In this document: one piece after another, positions 25,233-31,149 of the stretch | Layout of the letters: each line of letters opens with the position of its first letter | Numbering within the stretch: the stretch's first letter is position 1 | Notes under the pieces: generated by a model | Seen by the model: only the letters and a program-made list of their open reading frames with translations | Told to the model about the DNA's origin: nothing | Databases searched by the model: none | Source: Candidatus Harrisonbacteria bacterium CG10_big_fil_rev_8_21_14_0_10_44_23 | Lineage (GTDB): Bacteria > Patescibacteriota > Minisyncoccia > UBA6257 > 1-14-0-10-44-23 | Assembly (NCBI GenBank): GCA_002773475.1 | Contig: PFBB01000014.1 | Coordinates: 25,129 to 60,199, forward strand | DNA: 35,071 nucleotides | Direction of reading: 5' to 3' | Translations under genes and position numbers: made by a program

Positions 25233-25733
25233 ATGAATACCTTAGACCAAGAAAGCAAAAGAGAATATCTACGAAATTTCGTTTTTGGAGTCGAAGATAG
25301 TCTAGTTTCCACTGTTGGGCTTCTTTCGGGAGTCGCAATCGCCGGAGTAGAAAGCGCCACCATTATCCTCACTGGAGTAATTTTAATTTTTGTTGAAGCC
25401 CTCTCTATGGGAGCAGGAAGTTTCCTTGCCGAAAGCTCCACCGAGGAGTTTAGTCGTCATCGTCACAAATACAATCAACTCGCCGTAGTCGGCGGGGGAA
25501 TAATGTTTCTATCCTACTTCCTCGCTGGCTTCATTCCACTTGCGCCCTACTTTCTCTTTGCTCCATTTCAGGCACTAGTATTTTCTATTCTTCTTTCGAT
25601 GATCTCATTATTCGGCCTTGGCCTATTGAGCGCTAGAATTAGTCACATCAAAAGTAGTCGAGTCGCCCTTAGGATGCTCGTTGTAGGAGGACTAGCCATT
25701 GTGGTTGGCACTGTTGTTGGCCTATTTTTCTAG
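25233..25733 (+). CDS. VIT1/CCC1-family iron/manganese transporter, short form
   Basis: FGVEDSLVSTVGLLSGVA...ALSMGAGSFLAESS matches the VIT-family signature (FG..DGlvs...GvA / SMa.GeylS). Length is 166 aa with about 4-5 TM segments. Confidence 0.7.
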   Translation: MNTLDQESKREYLRNFVFGVEDSLVSTVGLLSGVAIAGVESATIILTGVILIFVEALSMGAGSFLAESSTEEFSRHRHKYNQLAVVGGGIMFLSYFLAGFIPLAPYFLFAPFQALVFSILLSMISLFGLGLLSARISHIKSSRVALRMLVVGGLAIVVGTVVGLFF

Positions 25734-26659
25734 AGCCACTTCTTTTTGTTAAAAACCCAGATTAAAAGGAAGGAGATTATTGCCGTTGCTCCACCTATTA
25801 TCCAAAAAGCGGATGGATTTTCTTGCAGTGGCAATTTTACGTTCATGCCGTAGAAAGAGGGGACGATAACCGCCACCGTCAAAATAATTGTTAGCGAGGT
25901 GAAAAACTTGATCACTCGGTTTAGGCTGTTGGTTAAAACCGTCGAATAAGCGTCGCGGATATTCATACTAGTTTTTAGGCTCGCCTTAGATAGGTCAATT
26001 ATTTCTTGTGAGCCCAAAATCAATGCTTCAATCAGTCCCTTGTCTTCATTATATAAATCCAGCGATCCTCCTTCTAGCAATTTGTGAAAAACCGTATTTT
26101 GCGGGATTAAAGAATTCATAAACTCATTCAAGGTTTCCTCAAAGCTAATAAAGCTCATGATCTCCTTATTATCAATCGATTCTTTCCGCGCCCGAAAACT
26201 TAGCTCGTTTATCTTTCGGTTAATTCCCTGTAGCACTCGAGAATATTCTGAGTTGGAGCGTTGAAGAATTTGAAGCGCCATCCTAGTCTTTTGAGTGGTG
26301 GTTAGCTCTTCTTGCGCATTTGCCAACTCATTAATCCAAGCCAACTTTGCCCTGGAGGCCACCAACACAAAAGTTTCGCTGATAGCAATCATTACCGGTG
26401 TCGTGCTAATCATTCCATCTTCGTCCTCAATAGGGGAGCGGACAAAAACATAGTTAATATCGTGACTCACCTCCAAGCGAGGTGCTTCAGTAATGTCCAT
26501 AGCATCATCCAACATTCTCGGCTCAATGCGTAGTTCGTTGTGCAGTCGTTTCACCTCTTCCGAGGATGGGTTTACGGCCTCAATTAAAGATCCGGCCTCA
26601 AATCGCTGACGCTCCTCGAGTTCCGGCATTTTAAGATTTTTATAATAGATCTTTAGCAT
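25730..26659 (-). CDS. corA: CorA-family magnesium/cobalt transporter
   Basis: A cytoplasmic N-domain is followed by two C-terminal TM helices with the YGMN signature (PSFYGMNVKLP). Its stop overlaps the VIT stop at CTAG. Confidence 0.88.
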   Translation of the reverse strand: MLKIYYKNLKMPELEERQRFEAGSLIEAVNPSSEEVKRLHNELRIEPRMLDDAMDITEAPRLEVSHDINYVFVRSPIEDEDGMISTTPVMIAISETFVLVASRAKLAWINELANAQEELTTTQKTRMALQILQRSNSEYSRVLQGINRKINELSFRARKESIDNKEIMSFISFEETLNEFMNSLIPQNTVFHKLLEGGSLDLYNEDKGLIEALILGSQEIIDLSKASLKTSMNIRDAYSTVLTNSLNRVIKFFTSLTIILTVAVIVPSFYGMNVKLPLQENPSAFWIIGGATAIISFLLIWVFNKKKWL

Positions 26660-26707
26660 GCCTTAAGTATAACAAGGATGAGCAAAGGCTTGTAGCTTAC
26701 CCCCGGC

Positions 26708-26740
26708 ATCCCTGGGTTATCCCTGGGATAACCCAGGGAT
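26708..26740. promoter_or_regulatory. Perfect 33-bp palindrome built from three CCCWGGG boxes phased 11 bp apart
   Basis: ATCCCTGGGTTATCCC-T-GGGATAACCCAGGGAT has 16-nt arms that are exact reverse complements. CCCTGGG lies at 26710 and 26721, and CCCAGGG at 26732. It sits 49-81 nt upstream of the corA ATG and downstream of the MscS-family gene. Confidence 0.6.
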
Positions 26741-26807
26741 AATTTACAACAAAAAGCCTACGAACTGCTATCAAGCGTTCGCGGGTCTTTCTTTTCAAAG
26801 CAAAAGC

Positions 26808-27668
26808 CTACTCCGCCTTGTGAATAACCCTTTGAGGGAAGGGGATTTCGATCCCTTCTTTGTCAAAGGCTTCTTTTAGCCTCTTTCTAAACTCTCCAGC
26901 AACTGCCCACTGCTCCAGCGGCTGCACATCTCCTAAGATCTTCACATCCACCGAGCTATCTCCAAAGTTTTCCACCCGAACAAACTGCGGAGCTTTCAAT
27001 ATTTTGTCTTTCCATTCCGGGTCTTGAGTCAAATCATCTCCAACCGCATTTATAACTTTCTTCACTTTTTCTAGATCATCACCGTATCCAACTCCAACAT
27101 TCATGTTTACTCTAGCAAATCCCATAGACTTATTTGAAGCTGTCTTTATCTCTCCGTTCGGCACGTAATGCAAGGTTCCATCTAGGTCTCGCAACATCGT
27201 AATACGCAAGTTAAGTCCTTCTACCACTCCAGAAACTCCAGCCACTTCAATCACGTCTCCAACTCGGTATTGGTTTTCCAGCAGGATAAATAAACCAGCC
27301 AAGAGGTCTTTAATTAAGTACTGACCACCAAAACCAACTGCCAAACCAATAATTCCAGCCGTGGCGATCAAGGGGCCAATATCTAGGCCGGATTCTGATA
27401 AGATCATAAGAATCGCCAGAAGGAAAATTACTAAAGAGGCCGTTCCTCGGAAAACAGAAATTAATGTATTTTCCCTTTTCTCCTCTGCCCTCGCAGAAAG
27501 GTTTTTATTTTCACGTACTAAGGTTCGGACCATCTTCTCAATAACCCATTTAGCTACCCAACGTAAAATTATAGCAGCGACAATAATTCCTAAAATCGCT
27601 ACGCTGTGGTCGACAAACCACCTAGCCAAACCATCAGAGATGGATTGAAGAATTGAATTAAAATCCAT
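26808..27668 (-). CDS. MscS-family small-conductance mechanosensitive channel
   Basis: Three N-terminal TMs are followed by the conserved pore/beta-domain block GQYLIKDLLAGLFILLENQYRVGDVIEV. Confidence 0.85.
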   Translation of the reverse strand: MDFNSILQSISDGLARWFVDHSVAILGIIVAAIILRWVAKWVIEKMVRTLVRENKNLSARAEEKRENTLISVFRGTASLVIFLLAILMILSESGLDIGPLIATAGIIGLAVGFGGQYLIKDLLAGLFILLENQYRVGDVIEVAGVSGVVEGLNLRITMLRDLDGTLHYVPNGEIKTASNKSMGFARVNMNVGVGYGDDLEKVKKVINAVGDDLTQDPEWKDKILKAPQFVRVENFGDSSVDVKILGDVQPLEQWAVAGEFRKRLKEAFDKEGIEIPFPQRVIHKAE

Positions 27669-27672
27669 ATAT

Positions 27673-28500
27673 TTATTTTCTTAAAACTTGCAATGCGCCG
27701 TATAAGCCGGCAAGGTCTCCCAGCTCTGACTTTTTTAACTTAGGTAAGTCTGGGAATATTTTTAACATTTGTCGCAGATCTTTTTCGAGTTGGTGGATAG
27801 TGAAGCCAGTTTTTTTGGTAATCATTGATCCGCCCAGTACGATCAACTCTGGCGACCACATCACCATAACATTATTGAGACCTGCCGCAAGCCAACGACT
27901 AAATTTTTCCCACTCAGATTTATCTAAATGCCACGGCTTATCTCCATAACGAGTTTCAATCGCCCTGCCTCCAATCAACTCTTCTAGCGTCCCGTGCTCG
28001 CTTGTATTTAAGGCCAGCCGATCAACATCAATTACTTGGTGCCCCGGTTCAAACCCAACTGAAAATTTATCGATCTTCCCATCAATCACCCTTGCGCCAC
28101 CAACCCCTGTCCCAATGGTTATATACGCCATTATCCCCTTGGGTTTCCCAGCGCCATAGTGCGCCTCGCCCAAAGCAGCTAAAGCCGCGTCATTTTCCAG
28201 ATTCACCGGACAGCGGAAAGACCTCTCTAAATCCTTTCCTATCGGACGAGCAATCCATCCCTCCAAATTTGGCCCACCGATCAGCATGTCCTTTTCCGGA
28301 CTTAATGGGCCGGCGAGGCAACCCGAAATTGACTTAATCCTCTTTTCTTCGCTTAAGCCTAAAATATTTTCTCTAATCAAGCCAAACCCATCCACGTAGT
28401 CCTTTGGTGTTGGCCACATTATAATCTCTTCAATTCTCCTCCCGTTGGGAGATATAGCTAGTCGCGTATTTGTTCCGCCAATATCAAAAAGAATTTTCAT
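27673..28500 (-). CDS. ROK/ASKHA-type sugar kinase (glucokinase-like)
   Basis: It has the N-terminal phosphate-1 motif FDIGGTNTRLA and the central ITIGTGVGGARVIDGKI motif. The ROK zinc Cys motif is absent. Confidence 0.7.
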   Translation of the reverse strand: MKILFDIGGTNTRLAISPNGRRIEEIIMWPTPKDYVDGFGLIRENILGLSEEKRIKSISGCLAGPLSPEKDMLIGGPNLEGWIARPIGKDLERSFRCPVNLENDAALAALGEAHYGAGKPKGIMAYITIGTGVGGARVIDGKIDKFSVGFEPGHQVIDVDRLALNTSEHGTLEELIGGRAIETRYGDKPWHLDKSEWEKFSRWLAAGLNNVMVMWSPELIVLGGSMITKKTGFTIHQLEKDLRQMLKIFPDLPKLKKSELGDLAGLYGALQVLRK

Positions 28501-29462
28501 TAATCTTCAGATCTTTTTAAATTTTCTATACTCGGAGTCGAGTTCGGGCTAAGGTTTCTTAATTTTGCTAAAGACTTCGCACATTCGTCTGCCAAGATTA
28601 AAGCATTAAAGATTTTCTTCAGCTTGTCCTTTCCTGTTAAATTGATAACGCTCAGAGAATATCCCGCTTCCTCATAAAATCTTTGCGTCACCTGCATCTG
28701 TTTATATAGACGCTTATCATCCTCTTCGTCATACAAAAAGATGAAGTAACAGTTGGACAACAACCCGCCGTTGTCGGGGTTGTCTAAAAAGCCCACCACC
28801 TCGTTGTGATTCACCTCCGGAAATATATTGGAGAAAGCGGCAATTTTTGCTGATTCATTTAACCTAATCTTCCAGTTATAGGCGATAGACTTATTTCGCT
28901 TCGAAGCATAGATAATTGCCATTCTAGAATGTAGAGCCCTTGCAAGATTGCGCCCTTGATCCTCGAGCGCCTCAACGTCAACTACATCCGCGTGTCGGTT
29001 GAGAAGAGTTAATAGGTGTTGGTCCTGAAGCATGGCCGCCAAGGCAACAATTGAGTAACCCATTGCATCTCGGGGAGGAAGATTGGGCTCGGGTAGGCGA
29101 ACGAAAGGCACTCTTTCTAACTCAGCTAGCTCAAGCAGCTCTCCTCCAGAGCTAATCACCGCCCAACTAAGCCCGCGCCGGATCGCCTCTCTGGCAAAGG
29201 ACAGGGTCTCTTTTGTATTTCCAGAAAAGGAGCTAGCAACAAAAAAAGTTTGTTTTGCCTCCTCGTCATTGAGGTGGGGCAAGTCATAGTCATTGTGTAA
29301 AACAATTTCAGCATCTGCCCCTAAGAGGGGGAGTAGGTCTGCCGCCAAGCGTGATCCACCCATTCCACCAACCACCACCTTCAAAAACTTTTTCAATTTC
29401 TCACGATTCTCAATGGCCGGAGTAAAAGATAATTGATTTTTTAAATCCCAAACATCATCCAT
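28500..29462 (-). CDS. SIS-domain bifunctional phosphoglucose/phosphomannose isomerase-type enzyme
   Basis: VVGGMGGSRLAADLL and ASSFSGNTKETL are SIS-domain motifs of the small archaeal/bacterial PGI/PMI family. Its stop overlaps the kinase start (TAATG). Confidence 0.7.
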   Translation of the reverse strand: MDDVWDLKNQLSFTPAIENREKLKKFLKVVVGGMGGSRLAADLLPLLGADAEIVLHNDYDLPHLNDEEAKQTFFVASSFSGNTKETLSFAREAIRRGLSWAVISSGGELLELAELERVPFVRLPEPNLPPRDAMGYSIVALAAMLQDQHLLTLLNRHADVVDVEALEDQGRNLARALHSRMAIIYASKRNKSIAYNWKIRLNESAKIAAFSNIFPEVNHNEVVGFLDNPDNGGLLSNCYFIFLYDEEDDKRLYKQMQVTQRFYEEAGYSLSVINLTGKDKLKKIFNALILADECAKSLAKLRNLSPNSTPSIENLKRSED

Positions 29463-29599
29463 TTACTTATTATATACCAAACTGGCCCCAATTTTCGTCA
29501 ACAATAAAAAAGTTTTCAACTTTTCGCTATTGATCGGCAGCCACACCGTTTTATACTAAAAGTAGAACTGATAGATTTCAGTGTTGGGGTTTGGCAAGC

Positions 29600-29870
29600 T
29601 GCAACCAAAGCTCAGCAAAATCACGAGCTGGATCAATCAGGAACCTGTCCCACCGCGGAGTCGAGGTCTGTGAACGCTCGGCCTCCCAATGACGGCAGCA
29701 GTAAGCCAGCAAAACGGTTTGCAGTCGGCCTAAGTTGGGTTGAGCTGGCCAGTGCTCCCCAATTGTTCACCTTTGTTGCCGCTAATAATCGTTCGCTCGC
29801 CTGGTTGCAACAGGTGAGCTCCGTCGGGCCCCCCCCCACATCACCGTGGCGGGGGGCCATCCATTTCTAT
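29600..29870. other. G+C-rich, highly self-complementary noncoding tail of the foreign island (candidate structured RNA or decayed gene)
   Basis: There is no convincing ORF. Several stems are readable by eye (listed in the findings). The composition matches the adjacent foreign gene rather than the host. Confidence 0.45.
29827..29858. repeat. Strong GC hairpin containing a C9/G6 homopolymer pair
   Basis: GGCCCCCCCCCAC-ATCACC-GTGGCGGGGGGCC forms a 13-bp stem with a single C.C mismatch. Confidence 0.7.
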
Positions 29871-29912
29871 AAACAAAAAAATGGACGCGGCGACTTTCGT
29901 CGCCACGTCCAT
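29871..29912 (-). terminator. Intrinsic terminator of the ParB-like gene
   Basis: The minus strand reads ATGGACGTGGCGAC-GAAA-GTCGCCGCGTCCAT, a 14-bp stem with one mismatch, followed by TTTTTTTGTTT. It begins 22 nt after the stop codon. Confidence 0.8.
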
Positions 29913-29934
29913 GTCGAGGAGGGGGGGCTATCCG

Positions 29935-30900
29935 CTAGCGAACTCGCGTTCGCCGACCCCGCTCACTGGCCCGCAAGATCTGGAGAGGTCGCTCCTGCCG
30001 GAAAGCGTTCCAAGCCGCGATACACAGGCGGAACATCTCCTCCTGGCTAACGCGCTTCTTTTCGGAGGTAGCGCCACCACCAAAACCAACGGCGGCCTGA
30101 AGGAGGGTAGTCCGCAGCTTCAGCCGAGGATCGGTCCTCTTCTCCATTCCCGTCCCATCACACACCGGCATCCAGAACTTGGGTGCGATCTGGGGAGCCT
30201 TGTGGAAGGTGGCAAACAGCGCTGCGACCACCGGCCCACGGAAGATGTGCTTGTGCTCCTTCGGGCTGAGCTTGTCCAAGAACGAACAAACTCGGATAGC
30301 CAGGTCGTAGTGATCGGTGCGCAGCAGGTAGGCGACATCGTCACCGTCATGCTGGCAGCGTTCGTGCTGGCTGGTCCAGAACCACTGGCTAAACCCACGC
30401 GGAACTGCCCGCAGGGTAGCCGTCTTAACGCTCTTGAACTCCTCGCTTCCAGCGAGGTAGCTCTCGATCACGTTGGCCCTAGTTCGAGGACTGGAGCGAT
30501 CGATGCTGGAGTAGAGCGTCCGAACGTCCTGTTCGGTTTGTGCCTCATACTCCAAAACCTTCACTCCGCACTTCCAGCCCGCCGGCATTTCCAGTCTAGC
30601 CCAGGCGGTGTGCTGGCCGTTCATCCGATAGGTCTTGCCGTTATAGCGGCAGATGATCAGGTGAACCCATTCCGGGTGGAACGTTCCTCGGATCATCGCC
30701 TTGACCAAGTAGTCCACGTGGGCCTGCTTGAGTTTGCGATCTCCGGGGAAGTCCTCGTGGGCCTCGATCAGCTTCACCGCCTCGGCATGGGTGAACTCGA
30801 GATTTCGCGTGCGCTTGAGCTCGAGGCCTCCTCCGAGGTCTGTGACGCTGAGAACATCCGTTCCGGCTACAGAGCCCTGGTGCTTGTACTGACCACTCAT
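29935..30900 (-). CDS. ParB/sulfiredoxin-fold protein with an NGQHT (DGQHR-like) motif, 321 aa, foreign codon usage
   Basis: I take the start at ATG 30900 (MSGQYKHQG...), with GGAG 7 nt upstream. G/C-ending codons dominate: Lys is almost always AAG, and Glu is mostly GAG. The segment RKLKQAHVDYLVKAMIRGTFHPEWVHLIICRYNGKTYRMNGQHTAWA has the layout of ParB-N/DndB/DUF262-type domains, where the DGQHR/DGQQR motif follows a beta-hairpin. The antisense ORF 29881..30936 is Arg/Leu/Pro/Ser-rich and judged spurious. Confidence 0.7.
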   Translation of the reverse strand: MSGQYKHQGSVAGTDVLSVTDLGGGLELKRTRNLEFTHAEAVKLIEAHEDFPGDRKLKQAHVDYLVKAMIRGTFHPEWVHLIICRYNGKTYRMNGQHTAWARLEMPAGWKCGVKVLEYEAQTEQDVRTLYSSIDRSSPRTRANVIESYLAGSEEFKSVKTATLRAVPRGFSQWFWTSQHERCQHDGDDVAYLLRTDHYDLAIRVCSFLDKLSPKEHKHIFRGPVVAALFATFHKAPQIAPKFWMPVCDGTGMEKRTDPRLKLRTTLLQAAVGFGGGATSEKKRVSQEEMFRLCIAAWNAFRQERPLQILRASERGRRTRVR

Positions 30901-30914
30901 TGTCAAACTCCAAT

Positions 30915-30964
30915 GACGTTTTATTTTGAGGATTAAGCCCGCAGGCATCCTGGGATAAAACGTC
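30915..30964 (-). promoter_or_regulatory. 50-nt stem-loop in the 5' leader of the ParB-like gene
   Basis: The minus strand reads GACGTTTTAT-CCC-AGGAT-GCCTGCGGGCTTA-ATCCT-CAAA-ATAAAACGTC. It has a perfect 10-bp outer stem and a 5-bp inner stem, and ends 3 nt before the GGAG SD. Confidence 0.6.
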
Positions 30965-31014
30965 AAAAATACACCCTATGGACCTCACTCGGTACGCCCA
31001 AGCAAAGTTCCGAT

Positions 31015-31043
31015 AGTTTAATACATTAGAGTATATATGTCAA
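31015..31043 (-). promoter_or_regulatory. Sigma-70-like promoter for the ParB-like gene
   Basis: The minus strand reads TTGACA-TATATACTCTAATGTAT(17 nt)-TAAACT, immediately after the rnj terminator. The implied leader is about 100 nt. Confidence 0.5.
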
Positions 31044-31080
31044 AAAAACAAAAAACCGCAGATTGCTCTGCGGTTTTTTG
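31044..31080 (-). terminator. Bidirectional intrinsic terminator downstream of rnj
   Basis: AAAAAACCGCAGA-TTGC-TCTGCGGTTTTTT forms a 7-bp stem flanked by A- and T-runs. Confidence 0.8.
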
Positions 31081-31115
31081 TTTGAAGCAAGCAACCGCTT
31101 CAAACCAACGTCTCC

Positions 31116-31146
31116 CTAAAAGCTATAAGTTCAAAGCTAAAAGCTT
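31116..31146. repeat. Third copy of the AAGCTAAAAGCT-type intergenic motif
   Basis: CTAAAAGCTATAAGTTCAAAGCTAAAAGCTT lies just 3' of the rnj stop. Compare 8231-8300. Confidence 0.55.
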
Positions 31147-31149
31147 CTT

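Noticed and set aside
25210-25338. Upstream-extended start codons given by the ORF track (25338, 21474, 18253, 20623, 30966, 2720)
   Set aside because: In each case the extension overlaps a neighbouring gene or lacks homology. A downstream Met coincides with the start of homology, a signal peptide or an SD (25209, 21567, 18346, 20569, 30900, 2693).
1023-28337. Numerous 60-125-aa ORFs antisense to or nested within housekeeping genes (for example 1023..1244, 1966..2250, 8429..8686, 11059..11352, 14413..14787, 17738..18070, 21932..22177, 24022..24366, 28002..28337, 31877..32431)
   Set aside because: All lie wholly inside longer ORFs with clear homology. None has start signals or a recognisable motif. 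I treat them as statistical shadow ORFs.
29594-29606. Possible direct repeats (GCAAGCTGCAACC at 29594-29606 versus GCAAGCAACC at 31087-31096) as attachment-site duplications flanking the island
   Set aside because: The match is short and gapped. The right copy lies beyond the rnj terminator, outside the compositional boundary. This is easily chance similarity.
29633-29860. 75-aa minus-strand ORF (MAPRHGDVGGGPTEL...) as a second island protein
   Set aside because: It has no SD and its ATG is embedded at the foot of the 13-bp GC hairpin. The sequence is low-complexity with no recognisable motif and only moderate third-position bias. It remains an open alternative within the structured-RNA finding.
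29600-29870. tmRNA, RNase P RNA, SRP RNA or a tRNA-like element as the identity of the GC-rich structured tail
   Set aside because: I looked on both strands and found none of the expected signatures. There is no GGGG...UUCGAC 5' end with a matching ...CCACCA 3' end and no plausible tag ORF ending in a hydrophobic tail (tmRNA). GAGGAAAGUCC and ACAGAACCCGGCUUA are absent (RNase P RNA). There is no GGAA-capped helix 8 with AGCA loops (SRP RNA). A core RNA would also be expected to share the host's composition. A covariance-model scan is still needed.
29881-30936. 351-aa plus-strand ORF covering the island, antisense to the ParB-like gene
   Set aside because: Its product is dominated by Leu/Arg/Pro/Ser/Gly with no recognisable motif, which is typical of shadow ORFs in G+C-rich DNA. 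The minus-strand frame has an SD, promoter, terminator, strong G/C third-position bias and a recognisable ParB/DGQHR-like motif.
30947-30956. CCTGGGATAA in the island leader, identical to part of the 33-bp palindrome at 26708-26740, suggesting a shared binding site
   Set aside because: It is only a 10-mer. Similar 9-mers (ATCCCTGGG near 7270, CCAGGGATA near 14500) occur inside unrelated coding regions, so coincidence is plausible.
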